From: Lingula anatina
Taxonomy: Eukaryota > Animalia > Brachiopoda
DNA length: 64,000 bases
Direction: 5' to 3'
Assembly: GCA_051362555.1 (NCBI GenBank)
Contig: CM120647.1
Span: 10,640,651-10,704,650 of the forward strand
Numbering within the stretch: the stretch's first letter is position 1; every line of letters begins with the position of its first letter. The position numbers and the translations under genes are program-made. Shown one piece after another: positions 12,701 through 27,700 of this stretch. The notes below the pieces were generated by a model. That model was not told the DNA's origin. It worked only from the letters and a program-made list of their open reading frames with translations, and ran no database searches.

Positions 12701-15700
12701 CCCGGGCGCGTTTCCACATTTTTTATGAATGTCAGGTGTGGTAAATTAATTTTCATCACTTTTTGGAAAAATTGGTGACGGGTCATTTTTGGGTGATTTT
12801 GAGAGATTTTCGTAAGGTCCGGATATGGCAGTTTTCTTCAATTTTGGCCAGGTAGGGATGAAAAATTTTTTTCTTCAATATTGTGTCAGGTAGGTGTGTT
12901 TGGTCATTTGTAGTGAGGGTAAAGTGCTGGAAGAGTGATTGTGTCATTATTTAGGAAGAAATAGAGCAAAAACTCTCTCCACCCCCCCTCTCTCCAAATC
13001 CTGTTCTCAGGTGTGCTTTCTGGCAATCTTTAAAGCTGAAATTGGGGGCTTTAATGAAGTGACCCGGGCGCGTTTCCACATTTTTTATGAATGTCAGGTG
13101 TGGTAAATTAATTTTCATCACTTTTTGGAAAAATTGGTGACGGGTCATTTTTGGGTGATTTTGAGAGATTTTCGTAAGGTCCGGATATGGCAGTTTTCTT
13201 CAATTTTGGCCAGGTAGGGATGAAAAATTTTTTTCTTCAATATTGTGTCAGGTAGGTGTGTTTGGTCATTTGTAGTGAGGGTAAAGTGCTGGAAGAGTGA
13301 TTGTGTCATTATTTAGGAAGAAATAGAGCAAAAACTCTCTCCACCCCCCCTCTCTCCAAATCCTGTTCTCAGGTGTGCTTTCTGGCAATCTTTAAAGCTG
13401 AAATTGGGGGCTTTAATGAAGTGACCCGGGCGCGTTTCCACATTTTTTATGAATGTCAGGTGTGGTAACTTAATTTTCATCACTTTTTGGAAAAATTGGT
13501 GACGGGTCATTTTTGGGTGATTTTGAGAGATTTTCGTAAGGTCCGGATATGGCAGTTTTCTTCAGTTTTGGCCAGGTAGGGATGAAAAATTTTTTTCTTC
13601 AATATTGTGTCAGGTAGGTGTGTTTGGTCATTTGTAGTGAGGGTAAAGTGCTGGAAGAGTGATTGTGTCATTATTTAGGAAGAAATAAAGCAAAAACTCT
13701 CTCCACCCCCCCTCTCTCCAAATCCTGTTCTCAGGTGTGCTTTCTGGCAATCTTTAAAGCTGAAATTGGGGGCTTTAATGAAGTGACCCGGGCGCGTTTC
13801 CACATTTTTTATGAATGTCAGGTGTGGTAAATTAATTTTCATCACTTTTTGGAAAAATTGGTGACGGGTCATTTTTGGGTGATTTTGAGAGATTTTCGTA
13901 AGGTCCGGATATGGCAGTTTTCTTCAGTTTTGGCCAGGTAGGGATGAAAAATTTTTTTCTTCAATATTGTGTCAGGTAGGTGTGTTTGGTCATTTGTAGT
14001 GAGGGTAAAGTGCTGGAAGAGTGATTGTGTCATTATTTAGGAAGAAATAAAGCAAAAACTCTCTCCACCCCCCCTCTCTCCAAATCCTGTTCTCAGGTGT
14101 GCTTTCTGGCAATCTTTAAAGCTGAAATTGGGGGCTTTAATGAAGTGACCCGGGCGCGTTTCCACATTTTTTATGAATGTCAGGTGTGGTAAATTAATTT
14201 TCATCACTTTTTGGAAAAATTGGTGACGGGTCATTTTTGGGTGATTTTGAGAGATTTTCGTAAGGTCCGGATATGGCAGTTTTCTTCAATTTTGGCCAGG
14301 TAGGGATGAAAAATTTTTTTCTTCAATATTGTGTCAGGTAGGTGTGTTTGGTCATTTGTAGTGAGGGTAAAGTGCTGGAAGAGTGATTGTGTCATTATTT
14401 AGGAAGAAATAGAGCAAAAACTCTCTCCACCCCCCCTCTCTCCAAATCCTGTTCTCAGGTGTGCTTTCTGGCAATCTTTAAAGCTGAAATTGGGGGCTTT
14501 AATGAAGTGACCCGGGCGCGTTTCCACATTTTTTATGAATGTCAGGTGTGGTAAATTAATTTTCATCACTTTTTGGAAAAATTGGTGACGGGTCATTTTT
14601 GGGTGATTTTGAGAGATTTTCGTAAAGTCCGGATATGGCAGTTTTCTTCAATTTTGGCCAGGTAGGGATGAAAAATTTTTTTCTTCAATATTGTGTCAGG
14701 TAGGTGTGTTTGGTCATTTGTAGTGAGGGTAAAGTGCTGGAAGAGTGATTGTGTCATTATTTAGGAAGAAATAGAGCAAAAACTCTCTCCACCCCCCCTC
14801 TCTCCAAATCCTGTTCTCAGGTGTGCTTTCTGGCAATCTTTAAAGCTGAAATTGGGGGCTTTAATGAAGTGACCCGGGCGCGTTTCCACATTTTTTATGA
14901 ATGTCAGGTGTGGTAAATTAATTTTCATCACTTTTTGGAAAAATTGGTGACGGGTCATTTTTGGGTGATTTTGAGAGATTTTCGTAAGGTCCGGATATGG
15001 CAGTTTTCTTCAATTTTGGCCAGGTAGGGATGAAAAATTTTTTTTCTTCAATATTGTGTCAGGTAGGTGTGTTTGGTCATTTGTAGTGAGGGTAAATTGC
15101 TGGAAGAGTGATTGTGTCATTATTTAGGAAGAAATAGAGCAAAAACTCTCTCCACCCCCCCTCTCTCCAAATCCTGTTCTCAGGTGTGCTTTCTGGCAAT
15201 CTTTAAAGCTGAAATTGGGGGCTTTAATGAAGTGACCCGGGCGCGTTTCCACATTTTTTATGAATGTCAGGTGTGGTAAATTAATTTTCATCACTTTTTG
15301 GAAAAATTGGTGACGGGTCATTTTTGGGTGATTTTGAGAGATTTTCGTAAGGTCCGGATATGGCAGTTTTCTTCAATTTTGGCCAGGTAGGGATGAAAAA
15401 TTTTTTTCTTCAATATTGTGTCAGGTAGGTGTGTTTGGTCATTTGTAGTGAGGGTAAAGTGCTGGAAGAGTGATTGTGTCATTATTTAGGAAGAAATAGA
15501 GCAAAAACTCTCTCCACCCCCCCTCTCTCCAAATCCTGTTCTCAGGTGTGCTTTCTGGCAATCTTTAAAGCTGAAATTGGGGGCTTTAATGAAGTGACCC
15601 GGGCGCGTTTCCACATTTTTTATGAATGTCAGGTGTGGTAAATTAATTTTCATCACTTTTTGGAAAAATTGGTGACGGGTCATTTTTGGGTGATTTTGAG

Positions 15701-18700
15701 AGATTTTCGTAAGGTCCGGATATGGCAGTTTTCTTCAATTTTGGCCAGGTAGGGATGAAAAATTTTTTTCTTCAATATTGTGTCAGGTAGGTGTGTTTGG
15801 TCATTTGTAGTGAGGGTAAAGTGCTGGAAGAGTGATTGTGTCATTATTTAGGAAGAAATAGAGCAAAAACTCTCTCCACCCCCCCCTCTCTCCAAATCCT
15901 GTTCTCAGGTGTGCTTTCTGGCAATCTTTAAAGCTGAAATTGGGGGCTTTAATGAAGTGACCCGGGCGCGTTTCCACATTTTTTATGAATGTCAGGTGTG
16001 GTAAATTAATTTTCATCACTTTTTGGAAAAATTGGTGACGGGTCATTTTTGGGTGATTTTGAGAGATTTTCGTAAGGTCCGGATATGGCAGTTTTCTTCA
16101 ATTTTGGCCAGGTAGGGATGAAAAATTTTTTTCTTCAATATTGTGTCAGGTAGGTGTGTTTGGTCATTTGTAGTGAGGGTAAAGTGCTGGAAGAGTGATT
16201 GTGTCATTATTTAGGAAGAAATAGAGCAAAAAACTCTCTCCACCCCCCCCTCTCTCCAAATCCTGTTCTCAGGTGTGCTTTCTGGCAATCTTTAAAGCTG
16301 AAATTGGGGGCTTTAATGAAGTGACCCGGGCGCGTTTCCACATTTTTTATGAATGTCAGGTGTGGTAAATTAATTTTCATCACTTTTTGGAAAAATTGGT
16401 GACGGGTCATTTTTGGGTGATTTTGAGAGATTTTCGTAAGGTCCGGATATGGCAGTTTTCTTCAATTTTGGCCAGGTAGGGATGAAAAATTTTTTTCTTC
16501 AATATTGTGTCAGGTAGGTGTGTTTGGTCATTTGTAGTGAGGGTAAAGTGCTGGAATAGTGATTGTGTCATTATTTAGGAAGAAATAGAGCAAAAACTCT
16601 CTCCACCCCCCCTCTCTCCAAATCCTGTTCTCAGGTGTGCTTTCTGGCAATCTTTAAAGCTGAAATTGGGGGCTTTAATGAAGTGACCGGGGAGCGTTTC
16701 CACATTTTTTTATGAATGTCAGGTGTGGTAAATTAATTTTCATCACTTTTTGAAAAATTGGTGACGGGTCATTTTTGGGTGATTTTGAGAGATTTTCGTA
16801 AGGTCCGGATATGGCAGTTTTCTTCAATTTTGGCCAGGTAGGGATGAAAAATTTTTTTCTTCAATATTAATATTGTGTCAGGTAGGTGTGTTTGGTCATT
16901 TGTAGTGAGGGTAAAGTGCTGGAAGAGTGATTGTGTCATTATTTAGGAAGAAATAGAGCAAAAACTCTCTCCACCCCCCCTCTCTCCAAATCCTGTTCTC
17001 AGGTGTGCTTTCTGGCAATCTTTAAAGCTGAAATTGGGGGCTTTAATGAAGTGACCCGGGCGTGTTTCCACATTTTTTATGAATGTCAGGTGTGGTAAAT
17101 TAATTTTCATCACTTTTTGGAAAAATTGGTGACGGGTCATTTTTGGGTGATTTTGAGAGATTTTCGTAAGGTCCGGATATGGCAGTTTTCTTCAATTTTG
17201 GCCAGGTAGGGATGAAAAATTTTTTTCTTCAATATTGTGTCAGGTAGGTGTGTTTGGTCATTTGTAGTGAGGGTAAAGTGCTGGAAGAGTGATTGTGTCA
17301 TTATTTAGGAAGAAATAGAGCAAAAACTCTCTCCACCCCCCCTCTCTCCAAATCCTGTTCTCAGGTGTGCTTTCTGGCAATCTTTAAAGCTGAAATTGGG
17401 GGCTTTAATGAAGTGACCCGGGCGCGTTTCCACATTTTTTATGAATGTCAGGTGTGGTAAATTAATTTTCATCACTTTTTGGAAAAATTGGTGACGGGTC
17501 ATTTTTGGGTGATTTTGAGAGATTTTCGTAAGGTCCGGATATGGCAGTTTTCTTCAATTTTGGCCAGGTAGGGATGAAAAATTTTTTTCTTCAATATTGT
17601 GTCAGGTAGGTGTGTTTGGTCATTTGTAGTGAGGGTAAAGTGCTGGAAGAGTGATTGTGTCATTATTTAGGAAGAAATAGAGCAAAAACTCTCTCCACCC
17701 CCCCTCTCTCCAAATCCTGTTCTCAGGTGTGCTTTCTGGCAATCTTTAAAGCTGAAATTGGGGGCTTTAATGAAGTGACCCGGGCGCGTTTCCACATTTT
17801 TTATGAATGTCAGGTGTGGTAAATTAATTTTCATCACTTTTTGGAAAAATTGGTGACGGGTCATTTTTGGGTGATTTTGAGAGATTTTCGTAAGGTCCGG
17901 ATATGGCAGTTTTCTTCAATTTTGGCCAGGTAGGGATGAAAAATTTTTTTCTTCAATATTGTGTCAGGTAGGTGTGTTTGGTCATTTGTAGTGAGGGTAA
18001 AGTGCTGGAAGAGTGATTGTGTCATTATTTAGGAAGAAATAGAGCAAAAACTCTCTCCACCCCCCCTCTCTCCAAATCCTGTTCTCAGGTGTGCTTTCTG
18101 GCAATCTTTAAAGCTGAAATTGGGGGCTTTAATGAAGTGACCCGGGCGCGTTTCCACATTTTTTATGAATGTCAGGTGTGGTAAATTAATTTTCATCACT
18201 TTTTGGAAAAATTGGTGACGGGTCATTTTTGGGTGATTTTGAGAGATTTTCGTAAGGTCCGGATATGGCAGTTTTCTTCAATTTTGGCCAGGTAGGGATG
18301 AAAAATTTTTTTCTTCAATATTGTGTCAGGTAGGTGTGTTTGGTCATTTGTAGTGAGGGTAAAGTGCTGGAAGAGTGATTGTGTCATTATTTAGGAAGAA
18401 ATAGAGCAAAAACTCTCTCCACCCCCCCTCTCTCCAAATCCTGTTCTCAGGTGTGCTTTCTGGCAATCTTTAAAGCTGAAATTGGGGGCTTTAATGAAGT
18501 GACCCGGGCGCGTTTCCACATTTTTTATGAATGTCAGGTGTGGTAAATTAATTTTCATCACTTTTTGGAAAAATTGGTGACGGGTCATTTTTGGGTGATT
18601 TTGAGAGATTTTCGTAAGGTCCGGATATGGCAGTTTTCTTCAATTTTGGCCAGGTAGGGATGAAAAATTTTTTTCTTCAATATTGTGTCAGGTAGGTGTG

Positions 18701-21700
18701 TTTGGTCATTTGTAGTGAGGGTAAAGTGCTGGAAGAGTGATTGTGTCATTATTTAGGAAGAAATAGAGCAAAAACTCTCTCCACCCCCCCTCTCTCCAAA
18801 TCCTGTTCTCAGGTGTGCTTTCTGGCAATCTTTAAAGCTGAAATTGGGGGCTTTAATGAAGTGACCCGGGCGCGTTTCCACATTTTTTATGAATGTCAGG
18901 TGTGGTAAATTAATTTTCATCACTTTTTGGAAAAATTGGTGACGGGTCATTTTTGGGTGATTTTGAGAGATTTTCGTAAGGTCCGGATATGGCAGTTTTC
19001 TTCAATTTTGGCCAGGTAGGGATGAAAAATTTTTTTCTTCAATATTGTGTCAGGTAGGTGTGTTTGGTCATTTGTAGTGAGGGTAAAGTGCTGGAAGAGT
19101 GATTGTGTCATTATTTAGGAAGAAATAGAGCAAAAACTCTCTCCACCCCCCCTCTCTCCAAATCCTGTTCTCAGGTGTGCTTTCTGGCAATCTTTAAAGC
19201 TGAAATTGGGGGCTTTAATGAAGTGACCCGGGCCCGTTTCCACATTTTTTATGAATGTCAGGTGTGGTAAATTAATTTTCATCACTTTTTGGAAAAATTG
19301 GTGACGGGTCATTTTTGGGTGATTTTGAGAGATTTTCGTAAGGTCCGGATATGGCAGTTTTCTTCAATTTTGGCCAGGTAGGGATGAAAAATTTTTTCTT
19401 CAATATTGTGTCAGGTAGGTGTGTTTGGTCATTTGTAGTGAGGGTAAAGTGCTGGAAGAGTGATTGTGTCATTATTTAGGAAGAAATAGAGCAAAAACTC
19501 TCTCCACCCCCCCCTCTCTCCAATTCCTGTTCTCAGGTGTGCTTTCTGGCAATCTTTAAAGCTGAAATTGGGGGCTTTAATGAAGTGACCCGGGCGCGTT
19601 TCCACATTTTTTATGAATGTCAGGTGTGGTAAATTAATTTTCATCACTTTTTGGAAAAATTGGTGACGGGTCATTTTTGGGTGATTTTGAGAGATTTTCG
19701 TAAGGTCTGGATATGGCAGTTTTCTTCAATTTTGGCCAGGTAGGGATGAAAAATTTTTTTCTTCAATATTGTGTCAGGTAGGTGTGTTTGGTCATTTGTA
19801 GTGAGGGTAAAGTGCTGGAAGAGTGATTGTGTCATTATTTAGGAAGAAATAGAGCAAAAACTCTCTCCACCCCCCCTCTCTCCAAATCCTGTTCTCAGGT
19901 GTGCTTTCTGGCAATCTTTAAAGCTGAAATTGGGGGCTTTAATGAAGTGACCCGGGCGCGTTTCCACATTTTTTATGAATGTCAGTTGTGGTAAATTAAT
20001 TTTCATCACTTTTTGGAAAAATTGGTGACGGGTCATTTTTGGGTGATTTTGAGAGATTTTCGTAAGGTCCGGATATGGCAGTTTTCTTCAATTTTGGCCA
20101 GGTAGGGATGAAAAATTTTTTTCTTCAATATTGTGTCAGGTAGGTGTGTTTGGTCATTTGTAGTGAGGGTAAAGTGCTGGAAGAGTGATTGTGTCATTAT
20201 TTAGGAAGAAATAGAGCAAAAACTCTCTCCACCCCCCCTCTCTCCAAATCCTGTTCTCAGGTGTGCTTTCTGGCAATCTTTAAAGCTGAAATTGGGGGCT
20301 TTAATGAAGTGACCCGGGCGCGTTTCCACATTTTTTATGAATGTCAGGTGTGGTAAATTAATTTTCATCACTTTTTGGAAAAATTGGTGACGGGTCATTT
20401 TTTGGTGATTTTGAGAGATTTTCGTAAGGTCCGGATATGGCAGTTTTCTTCAATTTTGGCCAGGTAGGGATGAAAAATTTTTTTCTTCAATATTGTGTCA
20501 GGTAGGTGTGTTTGGTCATTTGTAGTGAGGGTAAAGTGCTGGAAGAGTGATTGTGTCATTATTTAGGAAGAAATAGAGCAAAAACTCTCTCCACCCCCCC
20601 TCTCTCCAAATCCTGTTCTCAGGTGTGCTTTCTGGCAATCTTTAAAGCTGAAATTGGGGGCTTTAATGAAGTGACCCGGGCGCGTTTCCACATTTTTTAT
20701 GAATGTCAGGTGTGGTAAATTAATTTTCATCACTTTTTGGAAAAATTGGTGACGGGTCATTTTTGGGTGATTTTGAGAGATTTTCGTAAGGTCCGGATAT
20801 GGCAGTTTTCTTCAATTTTGGCCAGGTAGGGATGAAAAATTTTTTTCTTCGATATTGTGTCAGGTAGGTGTGTTTGGTCATTTGTAGTGAGGGTAAAGTG
20901 CTGGAAGAGTGATTGTGTCATTATTTAGGAAGAAATAGAGCAAAAACTCTCTCCACCCCCCCTCTCTCCAAATCCTGTTCTCAGGTGTGCTTTCTGGCAA
21001 TCTTTAAAGCTGAAATTGGGGGCTTTAATGAAGTGACCCGGGCGCGTTTCCACATTTTTTATGAATGTCAGGTGTGGTAAATTAATTTTCATCACTTTTT
21101 GGAAAAATTGGTGACGGGTCATTTTTGGGTGATTTTGAGAGATTTTCGTAAGGTCCGGATATGGCAGTTTTCTTCAATTTTGGCCAGGTAGGGATGAAAA
21201 ATTTTTTTCTTCAATATTGTGTCAGGTAGGTGTGTTTGGTCATTTGTAGTGAGGGTAAAGTGCTGGAAGAGTGATTGTGTCATTATTTAGGAAGAAATAG
21301 AGCAAAAACTCTCTCCACCCCCCCTCTCTCCAAATCCTGTTCTCAGGTGTGCTTTCTGGCAATCTTTAAAGCTGAAATTGGGGGCTTTAATGAAGTGACC
21401 CGGGCGCGTTTCCACATTTTTTATGAATGTCAGTTGTGGTAAATTAATTTTCATCACTTTTTGGAAAAATTGGTGACGGGTCATTTTTGGGTGATTTTGA
21501 GAGATTTTCGTAAGGTCCGGATATGGCAGTTTTCTTCAATTTTGGCCAGGTAGGGATGAAAAATTTTTTTCTTCAATATTGTGTCAGGTAGGTGTGTTTG
21601 GTCATTTGTAGTGAGGGTAAAGTGCTGGAAGAGTGATTGTGTCATTATTTAGGAAGAAATAGAGCAAAAACTCTCTCCACCCCCCCTCTCTCCAAATCCT

Positions 21701-24700
21701 GTTCTCAGGTGTGCTTTCTGGCAATCTTTAAAGCTGAAATTGGGGGCTTTAATGAAGTGACCCGGGCGCGTTTCCACATTTTTTATGAATGTCAGTTGTG
21801 GTAAATTAATTTTCATCACTTTTTGGAAAAATTGGTGACGGGTCATTTTTGGGTGATTTTGAGAGATTTTCGTAAGGTCCGGATATGGCAGTTTTCTTCA
21901 ATTTTGGCCAGGTAGGGATGAAAAATTTTTTTCTTCAATATTGTGTCAGGTAGGTGTGTTTGGTCATTTGTAGTGATGGTAAAGTGCTGGAAGAGTGATT
22001 GTGTCATTATTTAGGAAGAAATAGAGCAAAAACTCTCTCCACCCCCCCTCTCTCCAAATCCTGTTCTCAGGTGTGCTTTCTGGCAATCTTTAAAGCTGAA
22101 ATTGGGGGCTTTCATGAAGTGACCCGGGCGCGTTTCCACATTTTTTATGAATGTCAGGTGTGGTAAATTAATTTTCATCACTTTTTGGAAAAATTGGTGA
22201 CGGGTCATTTTTGGGTGATTTTGAGAGATTTTCGTAAGGTCCGGATATGGCAGTTTTCTTCAATTTTGGCCAGGTAGGGATGAAAAATTTTTTTCTTCAA
22301 TATTGTGTCAGGTAGGTGTGTTTGGTCATTTGTAGTGAGGGTAAAGTGCTGGAAGAGTGATTGTGTCATTATTTAGGAAGAAATAGAGCAAAAACTCTCT
22401 CCACCCCCCCTCTCTCCAAAATCCTGTTCTCAGGTGTGCTTTCTGGCAATCTTTAAAGCTGAAATTGGGGGCTTTAATGAAGTGACCCGGGCGCGTTTCC
22501 ACATTTTTTATGAATGTCAGGTGTGGTAAATTAATTTTCATCACTTTTTGGAAAAATTGGTGACGGGTCATTTTTGGGTGATTTTGAGAGATTTTCGTAA
22601 GGTCCGGATATGGCAGTTTTCTTCAATTTTGGCCAGGTAGGGATGAAAAATTTTTTTCTTCAATATTGTGTCAGGTAGGTGTGTTTGGTCATTTGTAGTG
22701 AGGGTAAAGTGCTGGAAGAGTGATTGTGTCATTATTTAGGAAGAAATAGAGCAAAAACTCTCTCCACCCCCCCTCTCTCCAAATCCTGTTCTCAGGTGTG
22801 CTTTCTGGCAATCTTTAAAGCTGAAATTGGGGGCTTTAATGAAGTGACCCGGGCGCGTTTCCACATTTTTTATGAATGTCAGGTGTGGTAAATTAATTTT
22901 CATCACTTTTTGGAAAAATTGGTGACGGGTCATTTTTGGGTGATTTTGAGAGATTTTCGTAAGGTCCGGATATGGCAGTTTTCTTCAATTTTGGCCAGGT
23001 AGGGATGAAAAATTTTTTTCTTCAATATTGTGTCAGGTAGGTGTGTTTGGTCATTTGTAGTGAGGGTAAAGTGCTGGAAGAGTGATTGTGTCATTATTTA
23101 GGAAGAAATAGAGCAAAAACTCTCTCCACCCCCCCTCTCTCCAAATCCTGTTCTCAGGTGTGCTTTCTGGCAATCTTTAAAGCTGAAATTGGGGGCTTTA
23201 ATGAAGTGACCCGGGCGCGTTTCCACATTTTTTATGAATGTCAGGTGTGGTAAATTAATTTTCATCACTTTTTGGAAAAATTGGTGACGGGTCATTTTTG
23301 GGTGATTTTGAGAGATTTTCGTAAGGTCCGGATATGGCAGTTTTCTTCAATTTTGGCCAGGTAGGGATGAAAAATTTTTTTCTTCAATATTGTGTCAGGT
23401 AGGTGTGTTTGGTCATTTGTAGTGAGGGTAAAGTGCTGGAAGAGTGATTGTGTCATTATTTAGGAAGAAATAGAGCAAAAACTCTCTCCACCCCCCCTCT
23501 CTCTAAATCCTGTTCTCAGGTGTGCTTTCTGGCAATCTTTAAAGCTGAAATTGGGGGCTTTAATGAAGTGACCTGGGCGCGTTTCCACATTTTTTATGAA
23601 TGTCAGGTGTGGTAAATTAATTTTCATCACTTTTTGGAAAAATTGGTGACGGGTCATTTTTGGGTGATTTTGAGAGATTTTCGTAAGGTCCGGATATGGC
23701 AGTTTTCTTCAATTTTGGCCAGGTAGGGATGAAAAATTTTTTTCTTCAATATTGTGTCAGGTAGGTGTGTTTGGTCATTTGTAGTGAGGGTAAAGTGCTG
23801 GAAGAGTGATTGTGTCATTATTTAGGAAGAAATAGAGCAAAAACTCTCTCCACCCCCCCTCTCTCCAAATCATGTTCTCAGGTGTGCTTTCTGGCAATCT
23901 TTAAAGCTGAAATTGGGGGCTTTAATGAAGTGACCCGGGCGCGTTTCCACATTTTTTATGAATGTCAGGTGTGGTAAATTAATTTTCATCACTTTTTGTA
24001 AAAATTGGTGACGGGTCATTTTTGGGTGATTTTGAGAGATTTTCGTAAGGTCCGGATATGGCAGTTTTCTTCAATTTTGGCCAGGTAGGGATGAAAAATT
24101 TTTTTCTTCAATATTGTGTCAGGTAGGTGTGTTTGGTCATTTGTAGTGAGGGTAAAGTGCTGGAAGAGTGATTGTGTCATTATTTAGGAAGAAATAGAGC
24201 AAAAACTCTCTCCACCCCCCCTCTCTCCAAATCCTGTTCTCAGGTGTGCTTTCTGGCAATCTTTAAAGCTGAAATTGGGGGCTTTAATGAAGTGACCCGG
24301 GCGCGTTTCCACATTTTTTATGAATGTCAGGTGTGGTAAATTAATTTTCATCACTTTTTGGAAAAATTGGTGACGGGTCATTTTTGGGTGATTTTGAGAG
24401 ATTTTCGTAAGGTCCGGATATGGCAGTTTTCTTCAATTTTGGCCAGGTAGGGATGAAAAATTTTTTTCTTCAATATTGTGTCAGGTAGGTGTGTTTGGTC
24501 ATTTGTAGTGAGGGTAAAGTGCTGGAAGAGTGATTGTGTCATTATTTAGGAAGAAATAGAGCAAAAACTCTCTCCACCCCCCCCCCTCTCTCCAATTCCT
24601 GTTCTGAGGTGTGCTTTCTGGCAATCTTTAAAGCTGAAATTGGGGGCTTTAATGAAGTGACCCGGGCGCGTTTCCACATTTTTTATGAATGTCAGGTGTG

Positions 24701-27700
24701 GTAAATTAATTTTCATCACTTTTTGGAAAAATTGGTGACGGGTCATTTTTGGGTGATTTTGAGAGATTTTCGTAAGGTCCGGATATGGCAGTTTTCTTCA
24801 ATTTTGGCGAGGTAGGGATGAAAAATTTTTTTCTTCAATATTGTGTCAGGTAGGTGTGTTTGGTCATTTGTAGTGAGGGTAAAGTGCTGGAAGAGTGATT
24901 GTGTCATTATTTAGGAAGAAATAGAGCAAAAACTCTCTCCACCCCCCCTCTCTCCAAATCCTGTTCTCAGGTGTGCTTTCTGGCAATCTTTAAAGCTGAA
25001 ATTGGGGGCTTTAATGAAGTGACCCGGGCGCGTTTCCACATTTTTTATGAATGTCAGGTGTGGTAAATTAATTTTCATCACTTTTTGGAAAAATTGGTGA
25101 CGGGTCATTTTTGGGTGATTTTGAGAGATTTTCGTAAGGTCCGGATATGGCAGTTTTCTTCAATTTTGGCCAGGTAGGGATGAAAAATTTTTTTCTTCAA
25201 TATTGTGTCAGGTAGGTGTGTTTGGTCATTTGTAGTGAGGGTAAAGTGCTGGAAGAGTGATTGTGTCATTATTTAGGAAGAAATAGAGCAAAAACTCTCT
25301 CCACCCCCCCTCTCTCCAAATCCTGTTCTCAGGTGTGCTTTCTGGCAATCTTTAAAGCTGAAATTGGGGGCTTTAATGAAGTGACCCGGGCGCGTTTCCA
25401 CATTTTTTATGAATGTCAGGTGTGGTAAATTAATTTTCATCACTTTTTGGAAAAATTGGTGACGGGTCATTTTTGGGTGATTTTGAGAGATTTTCGTAAG
25501 GTCCGGATATGGCAGTTTTCTTCAATTTTGGCCAGGTAGGGATGAAAAATTTTTTTCTTCAATATTGTGTCAGGTAGGTGTGTTTGGTCATTTGTAGTGA
25601 GGGTAAAGTGCTGGAAGAGTGATTGTGTCATTATTTAGGAAGAAATAGAGCAAAAACTCTCTCCACCCCCCCTCTCTCCAAATCCTGTTCTCAGGTGTGC
25701 TTTCTGGCAATCTTTAAAGCTGAAATTGGGGGCTTTAATGAAGTGACCCGGGCGCGTTTCCACATTTTTTATGAATGTCAGGTGTGGTAAATTAATTTTC
25801 ATCACTTTTTGGAAAAATTGGTGACGGGTCATTTTTGGGTGATTTTGAGAGATTTTCGTAAGGTCCGGATATGGCAGTTTTCTTCAATTTTGGCCAGGTA
25901 GGGATGAAAAATTTTTTTCTTCAATATTGTGTCAGGTAGGTGTGTTTGGTCATTTGTAGTGAGGGTAAAGTGCTGGAAGAGTGATTGTGTCATTATTTAG
26001 GAAGAAATAGAGCAAAAACTCTCTCCACCCCCCCCCTCTCTCCAAATCCTGTTCTCAGGTGTGCTTTCTGGCAATCTTTAAAGCTGAAATTGGGGGCTTT
26101 AATGAAGTGACCCGGGCGCGTTTCCACATTTTTTATGAATGTCAGGTGTGGTAAATTAATTTTCATCACTTTTTGGAAAAATTGGTGACGGGTCATTTTT
26201 GGGTGATTTTGAGAGATTTTCGTAAGGTCCGGATATGGCAGTTTTCTTCAATTTTGGCCAGGTAGGGATGAAAAATTTTTTTCTTCAATATTGTGTCAGG
26301 TAGGTGTGTTTGGTCATTTGTAGTGAGGGTAAAGTGCTGGAAGAGTGATTGTGTCATTATTTAGGAAGAAATAGAGCAAAAACTCTCTCCACCCCCCCTC
26401 TCTCTAAATCCTGTTCTCAGGTGTGCTTTCTGGCAATCTTTAAAGCTGAAATTGGGGGCTTTAATGAAGTGACCTGGGCGCGTTTCCACATTTTTAATGA
26501 ATGTCAGGTGTGGTAAATTAATTTTCATCACTTTTTGGAAAAATTGGTGACGGGTCATTTTTGGGTGATTTTGAGAGATTTTCGTAAGGTCCGGATATGG
26601 CAGTTTTCTTCAATTTTGGCCAGGTAGGGATGAAAAATTTTTTTCTTCAATATTGTGTCAGGTAGGTGTGTTTGGTCATTTGTAGTGAGGGTAAAGTGCT
26701 GGAAGAGTGATTGTGTCATTATTTAGGAAGAAATAGAGCAAAAACTCCCTCCACCCCCCCTCTCTCCAAATCCTGTTCTCAGGTGTGCTTTCTGGCAATC
26801 TTTAAAGCTGAAATTGGGGGCTTTAATGAAGTGACCCGGGCGCGTTTCCACATTTTTTATGAATGTCAGGTGTGGTAAATTAATTTTCATCACTTTTTGG
26901 AAAAATTGGTGACGGGTCATTTTTGGGTGATTTTGAGAGATTTTCGTAAGGTCCGGATATGGCAGTTTTCTTCAATTTTGGCCAGGTAGGGATGAAAAAT
27001 TTTTTTCTTCAATATTGTGTCAGGTAGGTGTGTTTGGTCATTTGTAGTGAGGGTAAAGTGCTGGAAGAGTGATTGTGTCATTATTTAGGAAGAAATAGAG
27101 CAAAAACTCTCTCCACCCCCCCCCCCTCTCTCCAAATCCTGTTCTCAGGTGTGCTTTCTGGCAATCTTTAAAGCTGAAATTGGGGGCTTTAATGAAGTGA
27201 CCCGGGCGCGTTTCCACATTTTTTATGAATGTCAGGTGTGGTAAATTAATTTTCATCACTTTTTGGAAAAATTGGTGACGGGTCATTTTTGGGTGATTTT
27301 GAGAGATTTTCGTAAGGTCCGGATATGGCAGTTTTCTTCAATTTTGGCCAGGTAGGGATGAAAAATTTTTTTCTTCAATATTGTGTCAGGTAGGTGTGTT
27401 TGGTCATTTGTAGTGAGGGTAAAGTGCTGGAAGAGTGATTGTGTCATTATTTAGGAAGAAATAGAGCAAAAACTCTCTCCACCCCCCCTCTCTCTAAATC
27501 CTGTTCTCAGGTGTGCTTTCTGGCAATCTTTAAAGCTGAAATTGGGGGCTTTAATGAAGTGACCTGGGCGCGTTTCCACATTTTTTATGAATGTCAGGTG
27601 TGGTAAATTAATTTTCATCACTTTTTGGAAAAATTGGTGACGGGTCATTTTTGGGTGATTTTGAGAGATTTTCGTAAGGTCCGGATATGGCAGTTTTCTT

